This document shows, in pieces, positions 22,730 through 31,921 of a DNA stretch of 54,856 nucleotides. Origin of the DNA: a virus (lineage: Duplodnaviria > Caudoviricetes); the IMG/VR virus record IMGVR_UViG_3300042565_002302, positions 1 to 54,856 of that record; one strand, given 5' to 3'. The notes under the pieces were generated by a model that saw only the letters and a program-made list of their open reading frames with translations, was not told the origin of the DNA and searched no databases. Each line of letters begins with the position of its first letter. Position 1 is the first letter of the stretch. A program made the translations under genes and the position numbers.

Positions 22730-25495
22730 ATGGAGAATAAATATAAATCACCAACAATACGAGTAGAATGGGAAGATTTCCCAGAAAACTTTACAAAGGA
22801 AAGAAAACTTAGAGTTAAATCATACTTCCAAAAGAAATATAATACCCAAAAAATATCTATTGTTCTTAAACCGAAAAAAATTAAACAATCGGAACAAACT
22901 GAAATTATTTCTGAAAACTTATTCGATCTTAACTACCAAAAGAAACTTATTAAAGAATATGTTTCACTAAATGGTAATAACATTGATTCGGAGTTTATTG
23001 AAAAATTAGATGGTAAAGTAAATGAAAAATTAATCACTAAAAAAGATCTATCATTCAAGATAAATGAATGTAAAATTAAATCAATCCAATTCTCTAATTT
23101 TCTTTCATATGGGGATAATAATCAAATAAACTTTGAGAAAATACCCGGTATTACCATTATTAACTCAAACCCTGAAAATCAAGGAGGTAAAACTACGTTA
23201 TTAAACTCAATCGTTTTCCTTTTATTTGGTTCAACATTTTCAACCAAAAAAAATGAAGAAATCTTTAACCTATACACAGATAAAAATGAAGTTAAAGTGT
23301 CAGGTGTAATTCAAATTGACGATCACGATTTTAGATTGGATAGAACACTTACCAGAAAACCTAAAAAGAAGGGTTCCGCTGAATGGTCTTATTCATCTGT
23401 ATTCAATTTCTTTAAACTAAATCCTGATGGAACAGAAGTGAATGAAACAGAAGAACAAAGAAAAGAAACTGAAAAAGTTCTTAAACAAAATATTGGTGAT
23501 ATTGATGATTTTCTTTTAACCATTATCGCCACTTCAGATAACCTTGAAGATTTAATCCACGCAGGGGCTACTGATAGAGGTAAAATATTTTCAAGATTTA
23601 TGGGTTTAGATATTTTACAAGAAAAAGGTGATATATGTAAAACCCTTTATACTGAATACCAAAAAAGTCTTAAATCTAATCAATTTAATACCGAACAACT
23701 TAAAAATGAAATTGATTTACATAAAGAAGAAATATCTAAAATTAAAGAAGATATTTTGGATAGACAAACCAAAATTGATACAATTAAATTAGATATAGAT
23801 AGTTTAAATATTCAAAAGGATAATTTACTTAAAAATATAATTAAAATCGATCCTGAGATAGTTAAATTGTCTTATACATCACTTCTAAGTGATAAATCTT
23901 CAACTGAAAAATTATTATCAGATAAAGAAACACAATATAAAACACTTAAAACAGATATTGATGGATTAGAACACTTTTATGAAGAAACTAAATACAATTC
24001 TTTATTGGAAAAAGAAAAAGAACTTCTTTCAGTTTTATCAAAATATAAATCTAACTTAGATACCATTAAGGAAGAGAATACTAAACTAGAACTTAAATTA
24101 TCTGAAAAAGATTTAATTGATAAAACAATTATTGATTTAGAAAATCAGATTAAAGAAAAAGAAAGTTCAATTTTAGAACATATGTTTAATCAGGATGCGT
24201 TGGATAACCTTATAACTGAACTTGGTGTTATTACCAATGAAAGGGCTAACAATAATAAAGATATTCTATCCACATTAGATTTAATTAAACAATTGGAAGA
24301 AGGTGAGTTTTGTCCAACTTGTAAAAGAAAATTAGAAGATGTGGATCATACAGATGAAATCAACCAATTAAAACAAAAAGTGAAAGATTTAAAGGTGACT
24401 AATGAAACAAATATGCTACTTTTAACCGAACTAAATGATAAGGTTGATATTCAAAAAGGAGAAAAACTTAAATTGGATAATAACTTATTAATTGAAAGGG
24501 GTATTGAAAAATTAAAGTCATCTATTGATATTAATAAAACCAAATTGGAAACAATGACTGAAGCTCAAAATACTATTGAAACTAATAAAGGTAGAATATC
24601 TAAAGGTGAAACTCTAATTAATTCTAAACAATCTGAATTAGATGTCATATTAAAAGATATCAAATACCAAAAAGAACAAAAAGGTATATTAGATACCAAA
24701 TTAAATAATGAAATACTACTTTCAAGAATTGAGTTAGATGTAGAAAGATTAAAAAATAAGTTTAATACAATATTATCAAACATTCAGAAGTATGAAGATA
24801 ATGTAGTGAATATTGAGAATAATAAAACAATTGAAGCAAAGACAAATGTATTACAATTTGACATTAATACTAAGTCAGATGAAATGAATGGTTTTAATGA
24901 AGATGTTGCGGTATTCCAAGTTAATATTAAGAATATAGATAAGATTATTTTGGATAAGGAAAACACAATTAAAACAATCGCTATTGAGGAAAAGTATATT
25001 AAAACGTTTGACTTCTATATTGAAATGTTCGGTAAGAATGGTATCGTTAAATTGATTTTAAGGGATAAAATACCTTATATCAATGATAGATTAAATGATT
25101 TATTAGGTGATTTAACAAACTTCTCAATCAAAATTAATATTAACGATAAAAAAGAATTAGAGTTTGTGATGTCGGATAATGCAACAGGTTTAGATAAGTT
25201 CTTATATACTGGTTCAGGTTTTGAAAGGACAATGGGGGCATTGGCATTAAGACAGGTATTGGTTGAGATTAATTGCTTACCGAAGTTTAATATGTTATTC
25301 TTAGATGAAGTATTGGGTAAGGTAGGTAAAATGAACTTGGATAAGGTTGAGATGTTATTGAGTAGGATAAAGGATAATTACGATAATGTAATGTTTATAA
25401 CCCATAACGAGGAAACGAAGAGTTGGGGTGATTTTAATATTGTCGTGACTAAGGAAGATAATATATCAAGGATTGATTTAGTGGGGATGAATTAA
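22730..25495 (+). CDS. SbcC/Rad50/gp46-like SMC ATPase
   Basis: FSNFLSYG, NQGGKTT Walker A, long coiled coil with CPTC zinc hook, GSGFE signature, LFLDE Walker B, FITHN. Confidence 0.92.
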   Translation: MENKYKSPTIRVEWEDFPENFTKERKLRVKSYFQKKYNTQKISIVLKPKKIKQSEQTEIISENLFDLNYQKKLIKEYVSLNGNNIDSEFIEKLDGKVNEKLITKKDLSFKINECKIKSIQFSNFLSYGDNNQINFEKIPGITIINSNPENQGGKTTLLNSIVFLLFGSTFSTKKNEEIFNLYTDKNEVKVSGVIQIDDHDFRLDRTLTRKPKKKGSAEWSYSSVFNFFKLNPDGTEVNETEEQRKETEKVLKQNIGDIDDFLLTIIATSDNLEDLIHAGATDRGKIFSRFMGLDILQEKGDICKTLYTEYQKSLKSNQFNTEQLKNEIDLHKEEISKIKEDILDRQTKIDTIKLDIDSLNIQKDNLLKNIIKIDPEIVKLSYTSLLSDKSSTEKLLSDKETQYKTLKTDIDGLEHFYEETKYNSLLEKEKELLSVLSKYKSNLDTIKEENTKLELKLSEKDLIDKTIIDLENQIKEKESSILEHMFNQDALDNLITELGVITNERANNNKDILSTLDLIKQLEEGEFCPTCKRKLEDVDHTDEINQLKQKVKDLKVTNETNMLLLTELNDKVDIQKGEKLKLDNNLLIERGIEKLKSSIDINKTKLETMTEAQNTIETNKGRISKGETLINSKQSELDVILKDIKYQKEQKGILDTKLNNEILLSRIELDVERLKNKFNTILSNIQKYEDNVVNIENNKTIEAKTNVLQFDINTKSDEMNGFNEDVAVFQVNIKNIDKIILDKENTIKTIAIEEKYIKTFDFYIEMFGKNGIVKLILRDKIPYINDRLNDLLGDLTNFSIKININDKKELEFVMSDNATGLDKFLYTGSGFERTMGALALRQVLVEINCLPKFNMLFLDEVLGKVGKMNLDKVEMLLSRIKDNYDNVMFITHNEETKSWGDFNIVVTKEDNISRIDLVGMN

Positions 25496-25497
25496 AT

Positions 25498-25526
25498 AAA
25501 AAAAGGGACTATTAAGTCCCTTTTTT
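25498..25526. terminator. bidirectional intrinsic terminator
   Basis: aaaaaagggact-atta-agtccctttttt between convergent genes. Confidence 0.85.
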
Positions 25527-26061
25527 ATTTTAAATTTTCTTTATTACTTTCATACCACTCATACCAAATAACATCAACATCAAATTTATTATTATGTTCA
25601 TCATATAGATAAAAAATATTATTTCGTTTTAATTTATCATTCCATTTAATGCAATCACCTATATTATATTTTTCAAATTGCCAACCTTTAAATCCTTTAG
25701 AGTTATTTAAAGTTTTAGGGATATATAATAGTACTTGTAAGGATTTTAATGTTAATTTAAATGTTTCAACATCATCCCACTTACGATATAATTTATTTTC
25801 ATAAATGTATAATACAATATTACTAATACCAACCAAATGATCCTTTACAAACTTTTCAGATTCTAAATCAGTAACATATGGTAATACATAAGATGTATCA
25901 GTTAAATTATTATCAAAAACTATCGGATTTCTTAGTGCTGTTGATATTGTCTTAATTAAATATTCATCCTTATGTTTTTCCCATAATTCTTCCATCATTA
26001 AAAATAAACCTTTACACATTATAAAATAATTGTTCCAAGTTTTAGTACTTCTTTTACCCAT
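25525..26061 (-). CDS. hypothetical protein, possible His-Me finger nuclease
   Basis: KDHLVG...IPKTLNN; directly downstream of a methylase. Confidence 0.45.
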   Translation of the reverse strand: MGKRSTKTWNNYFIMCKGLFLMMEELWEKHKDEYLIKTISTALRNPIVFDNNLTDTSYVLPYVTDLESEKFVKDHLVGISNIVLYIYENKLYRKWDDVETFKLTLKSLQVLLYIPKTLNNSKGFKGWQFEKYNIGDCIKWNDKLKRNNIFYLYDEHNNKFDVDVIWYEWYESNKENLK

Positions 26062-26119
26062 TAAAATTCATTATAATCATTTTTTCTAAAAAAACAAAAA
26101 AAAAGTAATTTATTTATCA

Positions 26120-26860
26120 TTATTTTAATTTTTCTTCACTATATTTTACTTGTTCTAAACTTATTTCAGAACCAATGTAATTCATATTAAGGTTTTTACA
26201 AGCTAAAGCCGTTGTTCCTGTTCCCATAAATGGATCGTATACCAAATTACCCTCAGTTGAGTAAATTGATAATAATTTCTCACATAATTCAGTTGAATAC
26301 GTTGCTTTATTTAGATTATTACTACCATCATTATTCTTTGCAGTTATGAAATTGTCAATTATTTCATAATAGTTTTGCCCTTTAGGTGATGTTTTAACCA
26401 CTTTTTTATGACAATTAAAAGTTTTTAACTCATCTTTCCTACAAAAAATATAAATGAACTCAACAATCCTATTTAATCTATTATAAGATGCTGGATGTGG
26501 AATACTATTTGATTTCTTCCAAATAATAGTATCGGCAACCATAAAACTTGTATTTCCTATGATTGCCGAAACCAATAAATAAGGTAATGATGGAGTTTCA
26601 ATTGAATATGAAAAGTTGTATATTACCACACCATTAGGTTTCAATACCTTATCAAATAATTTGAATATATCTATTGTCCATTTAATGTATTCATCTTCAC
26701 TCTTCCAATCATTATAGGTGTCATATCTTGATTGTTTATCAGCGTAACCACCTTTCCTTTTTGTCATATTGTATGGTGGGGATGTTAATATCACATCAAC
26801 CGATTTATCAACCATTTTATCCATAGTCAATAAACAATCTTCATTATAAAGCTTATTCAT
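26120..26860 (-). CDS. beta-class N4-C/N6-A DNA methyltransferase
   Basis: TSPPYN motif IV, VYDPFMGTGTT motif I. Confidence 0.92.
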   Translation of the reverse strand: MNKLYNEDCLLTMDKMVDKSVDVILTSPPYNMTKRKGGYADKQSRYDTYNDWKSEDEYIKWTIDIFKLFDKVLKPNGVVIYNFSYSIETPSLPYLLVSAIIGNTSFMVADTIIWKKSNSIPHPASYNRLNRIVEFIYIFCRKDELKTFNCHKKVVKTSPKGQNYYEIIDNFITAKNNDGSNNLNKATYSTELCEKLLSIYSTEGNLVYDPFMGTGTTALACKNLNMNYIGSEISLEQVKYSEEKLK

Positions 26861-27533
26861 CTACAAAATCAAATTTCCCTTCTTTATATTCCACCACTAT
26901 TGGCTTATTAACTGGTTGGTATTCCTCATTACAAGTGCTCGCATTTACAAATAATACACCCTCATATTCTTTATAACCGTACCCACAATGTATATGTCCA
27001 AAAACATTTAATTTAGGTTTTACAACCATAATTCTACTAAGCAAATCCTGACATCCAACATTGGTTAAATCCCAAGGCATAAAATCACACATATACTTTG
27101 GTGGTCCGTGCGTAATCAATATATCAGTATCTTCAGGAATTAAAACCCATTTTTCAACCAATGGTAATCCTCTTCCCAAATTAAACGCCCAATTATAAAA
27201 CTCAGGTTGCCACGGAGTTCCATAGAATTTCATACCGTCAATAACTATCTCACTATCTTCTAAATAATGAACATTCTTCGGTAATCCTTCAATTAATTTA
27301 TCAAGCCAAGCTGGTTTTAATTCAAACGATAATTCGTGATTACCAGCAATGAATACCACATGTTCAAACTTCTCAGATTGTTTTTCAATCCACTTAAAGA
27401 AGTTTTTAACCTCACTTTCCCTTCCAACACCTGAAAAATCACCTGAATGGATAAGAATATTACCTTCAGGTAATTCAATTTTATTATGCTTATTATGTGT
27501 ATCACTAATCAATACAAACTTTTTGTTTTCCAT
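26853..27533 (-). CDS. calcineurin-like metallophosphoesterase
   Basis: SDTH, HSGD, AGNHE, THGPP, GHIH; start taken at ATG 27533. Confidence 0.92.
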   Translation of the reverse strand: MENKKFVLISDTHNKHNKIELPEGNILIHSGDFSGVGRESEVKNFFKWIEKQSEKFEHVVFIAGNHELSFELKPAWLDKLIEGLPKNVHYLEDSEIVIDGMKFYGTPWQPEFYNWAFNLGRGLPLVEKWVLIPEDTDILITHGPPKYMCDFMPWDLTNVGCQDLLSRIMVVKPKLNVFGHIHCGYGYKEYEGVLFVNASTCNEEYQPVNKPIVVEYKEGKFDFVDE

Positions 27534-27535
27534 TT

Positions 27536-27835
27536 CTATTCCGCTCTCAATTTTCTTATATACTTCCAATACTTTCTAACAGGATCTCTGGTTAATTCAT
27601 GTAAGAAAGTAAGATACTTAATGTGTGGTGGTGAAAATAATTCTTCCCTTGTGGGATTATTTTTCCACCTTTTAAATTCTTCTTCCGATGCTGGTTCAAT
27701 ACCCAAAATAACCATTTCTTTTAATTTGTAATAACCCGAACATTGACTATCTATTGATAGTTTTGAACAGTATAATCCATCCAAATACTTCTCACAAAAA
27801 TTATCAAATGGTGATGGTCTCCAAAAACTTTTCAT
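27536..27835 (-). CDS. hypothetical protein
   Basis: Coupled ORF in operon. Confidence 0.5.
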   Translation of the reverse strand: MKSFWRPSPFDNFCEKYLDGLYCSKLSIDSQCSGYYKLKEMVILGIEPASEEEFKRWKNNPTREELFSPPHIKYLTFLHELTRDPVRKYWKYIRKLRAE

Positions 27836-28029
27836 TTTCTTAGTGGGTTATTTTTTTTAACTTTGTATATTATGTATCGGACATGCATCCAAGGCCCAAA
27901 CCATACAATAGATATAATAACACAAATGATAAATAACCAACTTGGGTAAATAAAAAACCCAAGAATACAAGGTATTACTAGTATTAAGTAACCCAAAAAC
28001 GCAAATAATATTTTATATAAATTTCTCAT
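27832..28029 (-). CDS. small membrane protein (2 TM)
   Basis: Two hydrophobic stretches; TATATTTG at 28034-28041 upstream. Confidence 0.55.
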   Translation of the reverse strand: MRNLYKILFAFLGYLILVIPCILGFFIYPSWLFIICVIISIVWFGPWMHVRYIIYKVKKNNPLRK

Positions 28030-28065
28030 AATACAAATATAGTAAAAAAAATAAAATAAAACAAA

Positions 28066-28431
28066 TTAATTTTTAAACTCATTATCCTGATTTTTAATAA
28101 CACCATCACCTTTTGACCACTCCAAAAGTTTAGCTTTAACACATAATTTTAGTTCGTCTATTTTTGAAATCGGACAACGGAAATTAACCATTTTTGTAGG
28201 TTCGTTGTATTTAGATTTAGCAACCCTTGTTTCTTTTTTTTTCTTTGATTTCACACTAATAACTTCACCCAATAAACTTTCATCAACCAAATATTTATTG
28301 TTAGCCCCAGGTTTTCCACCACCAGTTATTAAATCAGGATAAATTTCTTTTAATCTTTTAACCTTCTCCTTAATCCACCTACGTTTAATAGTGGTTAATT
28401 TTGATATTTCTTCAATAGTAAATCTTTTCAT
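28066..28431 (-). CDS. putative DNA-binding protein (N-terminal HTH-like, C-terminal RHH-like)
   Basis: FTIEEISKLT; EPTKMVNFRCPISKIDELK. Confidence 0.45.
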   Translation of the reverse strand: MKRFTIEEISKLTTIKRRWIKEKVKRLKEIYPDLITGGGKPGANNKYLVDESLLGEVISVKSKKKKETRVAKSKYNEPTKMVNFRCPISKIDELKLCVKAKLLEWSKGDGVIKNQDNEFKN

Positions 28432-28462
28432 CTTACAATAATAATAAATTTATTTACACCCA

Positions 28463-29689
28463 TTATTCAATTTCTTTATTCCAAAAAGGTTTTTGATATT
28501 CGGGTTTTAACATCCTCCATATTGTTTGTGAATAATCTTTCCTATCCCATAATGAAAACAATATAGGTTGATACTCTCTTGGTTGTTCTTTAACCCACAT
28601 AGCATATTCCTTCTTTCCAACACTGTCAAATGGGAAATCAGGTCTTTTTGATTTAAAATTATCAAATAAATCATTACAATTTTCTTCAATAACCCAATAA
28701 TCTGTTTTTAATTTTTCAACATAATTTTTTACTTTAACATCGAACTCGTCAGGAACTCTATCTAAAAACTCATTAAAGTTTGTTTTATTCTTTAAACATT
28801 CCCAAATATCTACATTAGAAAAATTAGTTAATAAACGATGCAAACGAACGTATTCATCCGACTTAATTTTAGCTCTAATACCTGATTGATGAAACTTAAT
28901 TACAAACCCTTCTCGGTTATTACCAATCATAGATTTAATTTGTTTAATATCAGTTAAACCATCATATTTCTTAACAATGTTTATACCAATATTATTCAAT
29001 AGATTTTTGAACCTGATATCATCACTATTATCTGAATGTATATTAACCTCATAACCACTTTTGGTATGTATCATTCCAAGTAAAACCAAATCCTCAAAAT
29101 CATAGCTACACACTATTCTGTTCTCAGGATAAATTATCTCAAATATATAAGTATAGTCAGGATGTAATTTACTATATTTGTATTTTTCAAGTAATTTACA
29201 ACCTTTAACAGATTGATTTGATGTGAATGAACCCTTAGATGTGAATATCCATTCACCTTTTGTTTTTGGTGTTGGGACATAATACGGATCATCATAATTA
29301 GGTAAGTTGTTTGGGTCAAAGAACCTTTCCATACCTGTTTCATAATTATTATCGAACCATAAGTTATATCTACTATCTTCACTTAATTTATATTCATAAT
29401 AAAAAAGAATACCTAAAGAACCATCCATTTTCTCATATACATCAAACTCTTCATTCGGTATAGATGGAAGTTCTTCAATATTAAAGAATTTTGTCATACC
29501 TTTAGCGATTAATACCCCCCTATCATCAGTTATTAAAGGTCTAGCATTCATAGTAATATCATCCCAATTTTTATTAAATTGACAGTCACGACTATAATTC
29601 CACATAAATAAAGGTAAATTTGGATGTTTTTTTACTACCAATAACCCATTATTAACATATTCATTTAATGTATTTATATCATATTTCAT
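28463..29689 (-). CDS. T4 Rnl1-like RNA ligase
   Basis: KFFN, EKMDGSLG motif I, SKGSF, FEIIYPENRIV, EGFVI, KIKSDEY. Confidence 0.88.
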   Translation of the reverse strand: MKYDINTLNEYVNNGLLVVKKHPNLPLFMWNYSRDCQFNKNWDDITMNARPLITDDRGVLIAKGMTKFFNIEELPSIPNEEFDVYEKMDGSLGILFYYEYKLSEDSRYNLWFDNNYETGMERFFDPNNLPNYDDPYYVPTPKTKGEWIFTSKGSFTSNQSVKGCKLLEKYKYSKLHPDYTYIFEIIYPENRIVCSYDFEDLVLLGMIHTKSGYEVNIHSDNSDDIRFKNLLNNIGINIVKKYDGLTDIKQIKSMIGNNREGFVIKFHQSGIRAKIKSDEYVRLHRLLTNFSNVDIWECLKNKTNFNEFLDRVPDEFDVKVKNYVEKLKTDYWVIEENCNDLFDNFKSKRPDFPFDSVGKKEYAMWVKEQPREYQPILFSLWDRKDYSQTIWRMLKPEYQKPFWNKEIE

Positions 29690-29705
29690 TTTATTTCATT
29701 TTATT

Positions 29706-29951
29706 TTAATCTTCATCACCCCAAACTAAAGGTATTCCATTTTTTAAACTCAATTTATGTTTTTCTTTTGGTACAATATCACATAATCTAAAATCATCTG
29801 TATCAGTAAATTTAGTAAAAAAATTATTAATATTATCAATGCGGGTAACTATTTGATACCTATTTTTTTCACATCCCCAAATATCCCAACGATATATTAA
29901 AACATCGTAAATATCTATTTCCATCATAACTATTTTAATTTTTGATGCCAT
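29706..29951 (-). CDS. hypothetical protein
   Basis: Short ORF in operon; start uncertain. Confidence 0.4.
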   Translation of the reverse strand: MASKIKIVMMEIDIYDVLIYRWDIWGCEKNRYQIVTRIDNINNFFTKFTDTDDFRLCDIVPKEKHKLSLKNGIPLVWGDED

Positions 29952-30154
29952 TCAACAATTCCGTGTTTTATATTGTGAACAATATAATACCCCCTACTAT
30001 TTTTTGTCACCCTATATACCACTTCACTTTCCGTTGATTTTTTAGTCATCTTATATAAGTTAAATCTACCTATATTTAAAGCAGTTAATCTTATACCTTT
30101 AATGTAAGGCCCATCCATACGAGCCTTAAAATCACTCATTTTCACATCTATCAT
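29930..30154 (-). CDS. hypothetical protein
   Basis: Short ORF in operon. Confidence 0.45.
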   Translation of the reverse strand: MIDVKMSDFKARMDGPYIKGIRLTALNIGRFNLYKMTKKSTESEVVYRVTKNSRGYYIVHNIKHGIVEWHQKLK

Positions 30155-30163
30155 TATTTTAAA

Positions 30164-30898
30164 TTATTTCTCAAATGTAGGTTTTAACCACATTCCTTTA
30201 CCAAATATTATTTCAACTATTCTTGGGTTTAAATAATTAATTTCCCTTATTAAATCCAAAGTTTTAATAGTATCGTGTTTGAACATTTTCATCACTTCTT
30301 CACGAATTCTTTCACCACTTACAACTTGTTCAAGTTTATCCACAACACTATCCATTAGACAAGTTTCCCATATTCTGGGTGTTATGGTAAATCCTTTGGT
30401 AATTGAAAATCTCATAGCTCTTAAAAGTCTAAGAGGGTCATCCAACATTGTGATTTTACTATCTCTTGGTGTAATAAGAAGTTTGTTTTCCAACGCCCAT
30501 CGCCCATCAAATAAATCAATAAGGTTTCCATCAATATCTTCAGCCATTGCGTTTAATGTAAAATCCCTTCTTATCAAATCATCTTCAAGAGATCCAAGTT
30601 TCAATATTGGTCGTCTTGTTCCTTCAGTATAACCAATCTCTTTACGAGCCATTACAAAATCAGCAACCATACCTTTAAACTTATGATTTACCGGAAACTT
30701 AGCTCTAATCGTAAACATATCCGGTGTTGAAAGAAATATCTCATATCCTTCTGATTTAAGATATTCCGTCATTAAGTTAAATCCTTCTTGAACTGATTGA
30801 TTTAAATCATCTAATATGAATGTAAAGTCAATATCCTTAGAATCCAATCCAAGAAGTCTATCCCTAACACATCCCCCTACTTTATATATCTGTGGCAT
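30164..30898 (-). CDS. class II tRNA nucleotidyltransferase (CCA-adding/poly(A) polymerase family), compact
   Basis: VGGCVRD, DIDF, RRDFTLNAMA, DDPLRLLRAMRF, ERIREE. Confidence 0.9.
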   Translation of the reverse strand: MPQIYKVGGCVRDRLLGLDSKDIDFTFILDDLNQSVQEGFNLMTEYLKSEGYEIFLSTPDMFTIRAKFPVNHKFKGMVADFVMARKEIGYTEGTRRPILKLGSLEDDLIRRDFTLNAMAEDIDGNLIDLFDGRWALENKLLITPRDSKITMLDDPLRLLRAMRFSITKGFTITPRIWETCLMDSVVDKLEQVVSGERIREEVMKMFKHDTIKTLDLIREINYLNPRIVEIIFGKGMWLKPTFEK

Positions 30899-30925
30899 AT
30901 TTATTTCCCTTATTTATTAATACTA

Positions 30926-30933
30926 CAAAGATA
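30926..30933 (-). promoter_or_regulatory. Bacteroidota-type -7 element TATCTTTG
   Basis: TAnnTTTG upstream of the tRNA nucleotidyltransferase gene. Confidence 0.6.
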
Positions 30934-30953
30934 ATACATTTTAAATATAAAAC

Positions 30954-31352
30954 CTAAAGTTTTATTTCAAATCTATTCTTCATTTGTTCTAACTTATCTT
31001 CAGGTACACCATGTTCATTCACTCCATTATGTCTGTTCTCAACTATTAATGAATGTACACGATAACCATATTTTGCCGCCAACTCATAGTAAGCATCCAT
31101 TTCCCATTCTTGAGTAAAAGTATTAGACACAACAACCGGTGAATGCTCGTATTTCATAACAAATTCAATTTCCATTTTACACCAAGCATGCGCATCTTTT
31201 ATTTTAGATGGTTTAAAGTTATAATTACCTTCTCGATCTATAAAATATTGATCAGCTTCTTTATGACAATAATCCTTATCACCAACCAACATTTTAGCTA
31301 GAGTTGATTTTCCTGAACCTGGTAATCCTCTAAGTAATATTAATTCTTTCAT
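30954..31352 (-). CDS. P-loop kinase (polynucleotide kinase/AAA_33-like)
   Basis: LRGLPGSGKST, VVVSNTF, HGVP..KLEQMKNRFE; start at ATG 31352. Confidence 0.85.
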   Translation of the reverse strand: MKELILLRGLPGSGKSTLAKMLVGDKDYCHKEADQYFIDREGNYNFKPSKIKDAHAWCKMEIEFVMKYEHSPVVVSNTFTQEWEMDAYYELAAKYGYRVHSLIVENRHNGVNEHGVPEDKLEQMKNRFEIKL

Positions 31353-31353
31353 A

Positions 31354-31605
31354 TTATTTCTTTTTAAATTGTTCAAACCATTCTTTTAATAACTCTTTTG
31401 TTGTTTTATCAGATTCTTCAATTCTATTTTTTTGATAAGCCCATTTATGAAAGTTAATCATATCTTCCTCACTATACATTCTTTCAGCTTGCCATTTAGC
31501 ACCATCTTTAAAAGAAAGTATACTAGTTCTCATTGAAGTTTCATTTTTATTGAAATATGTTTCTGCAAATCTTTCAGCAGCTTCTTCAAGCGTTTCTTGC
31601 TCCAT
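31354..31605 (-). CDS. QETLEEAAE-family hypothetical protein
   Basis: QETLEEAAE...GAKWQAERMYSEE...EQFKKK. Confidence 0.7.
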   Translation of the reverse strand: MEQETLEEAAERFAETYFNKNETSMRTSILSFKDGAKWQAERMYSEEDMINFHKWAYQKNRIEESDKTTKELLKEWFEQFKKK

Positions 31606-31606
31606 T

Positions 31607-31921
31607 CTATTTCTTTTTAAATTGTTCTAATAACCACTCAGTACTTTGAATAGGTGCTTGACATCGCTTTGCATATTGTTTAGCTATTTCAATTACTTCT
31701 TCCTCACTATACATTCTCTCTGCTTGCCATTTAGCGCCTTCAATATATCCAAGTTTAAATGGTAGAATATGTTTTTGTGGTACAATTGGGTTTTCATTTT
31801 GAAAAATAACAAAAGCATTTTCAGCCGCTTCTTCAAGTGTTTCTTGTTTTATAATAGAACTGTCTGATTTTTGAATTATTAACCCTCTTTCTTTTTCTTG
31901 TTTAGGTTCTTCTTTTGTCAT
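31607..31921 (-). CDS. QETLEEAAE-family hypothetical protein
   Basis: Paralog of 31354..31605 with KEEPKQE N-terminus. Confidence 0.7.
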   Translation of the reverse strand: MTKEEPKQEKERGLIIQKSDSSIIKQETLEEAAENAFVIFQNENPIVPQKHILPFKLGYIEGAKWQAERMYSEEEVIEIAKQYAKRCQAPIQSTEWLLEQFKKK

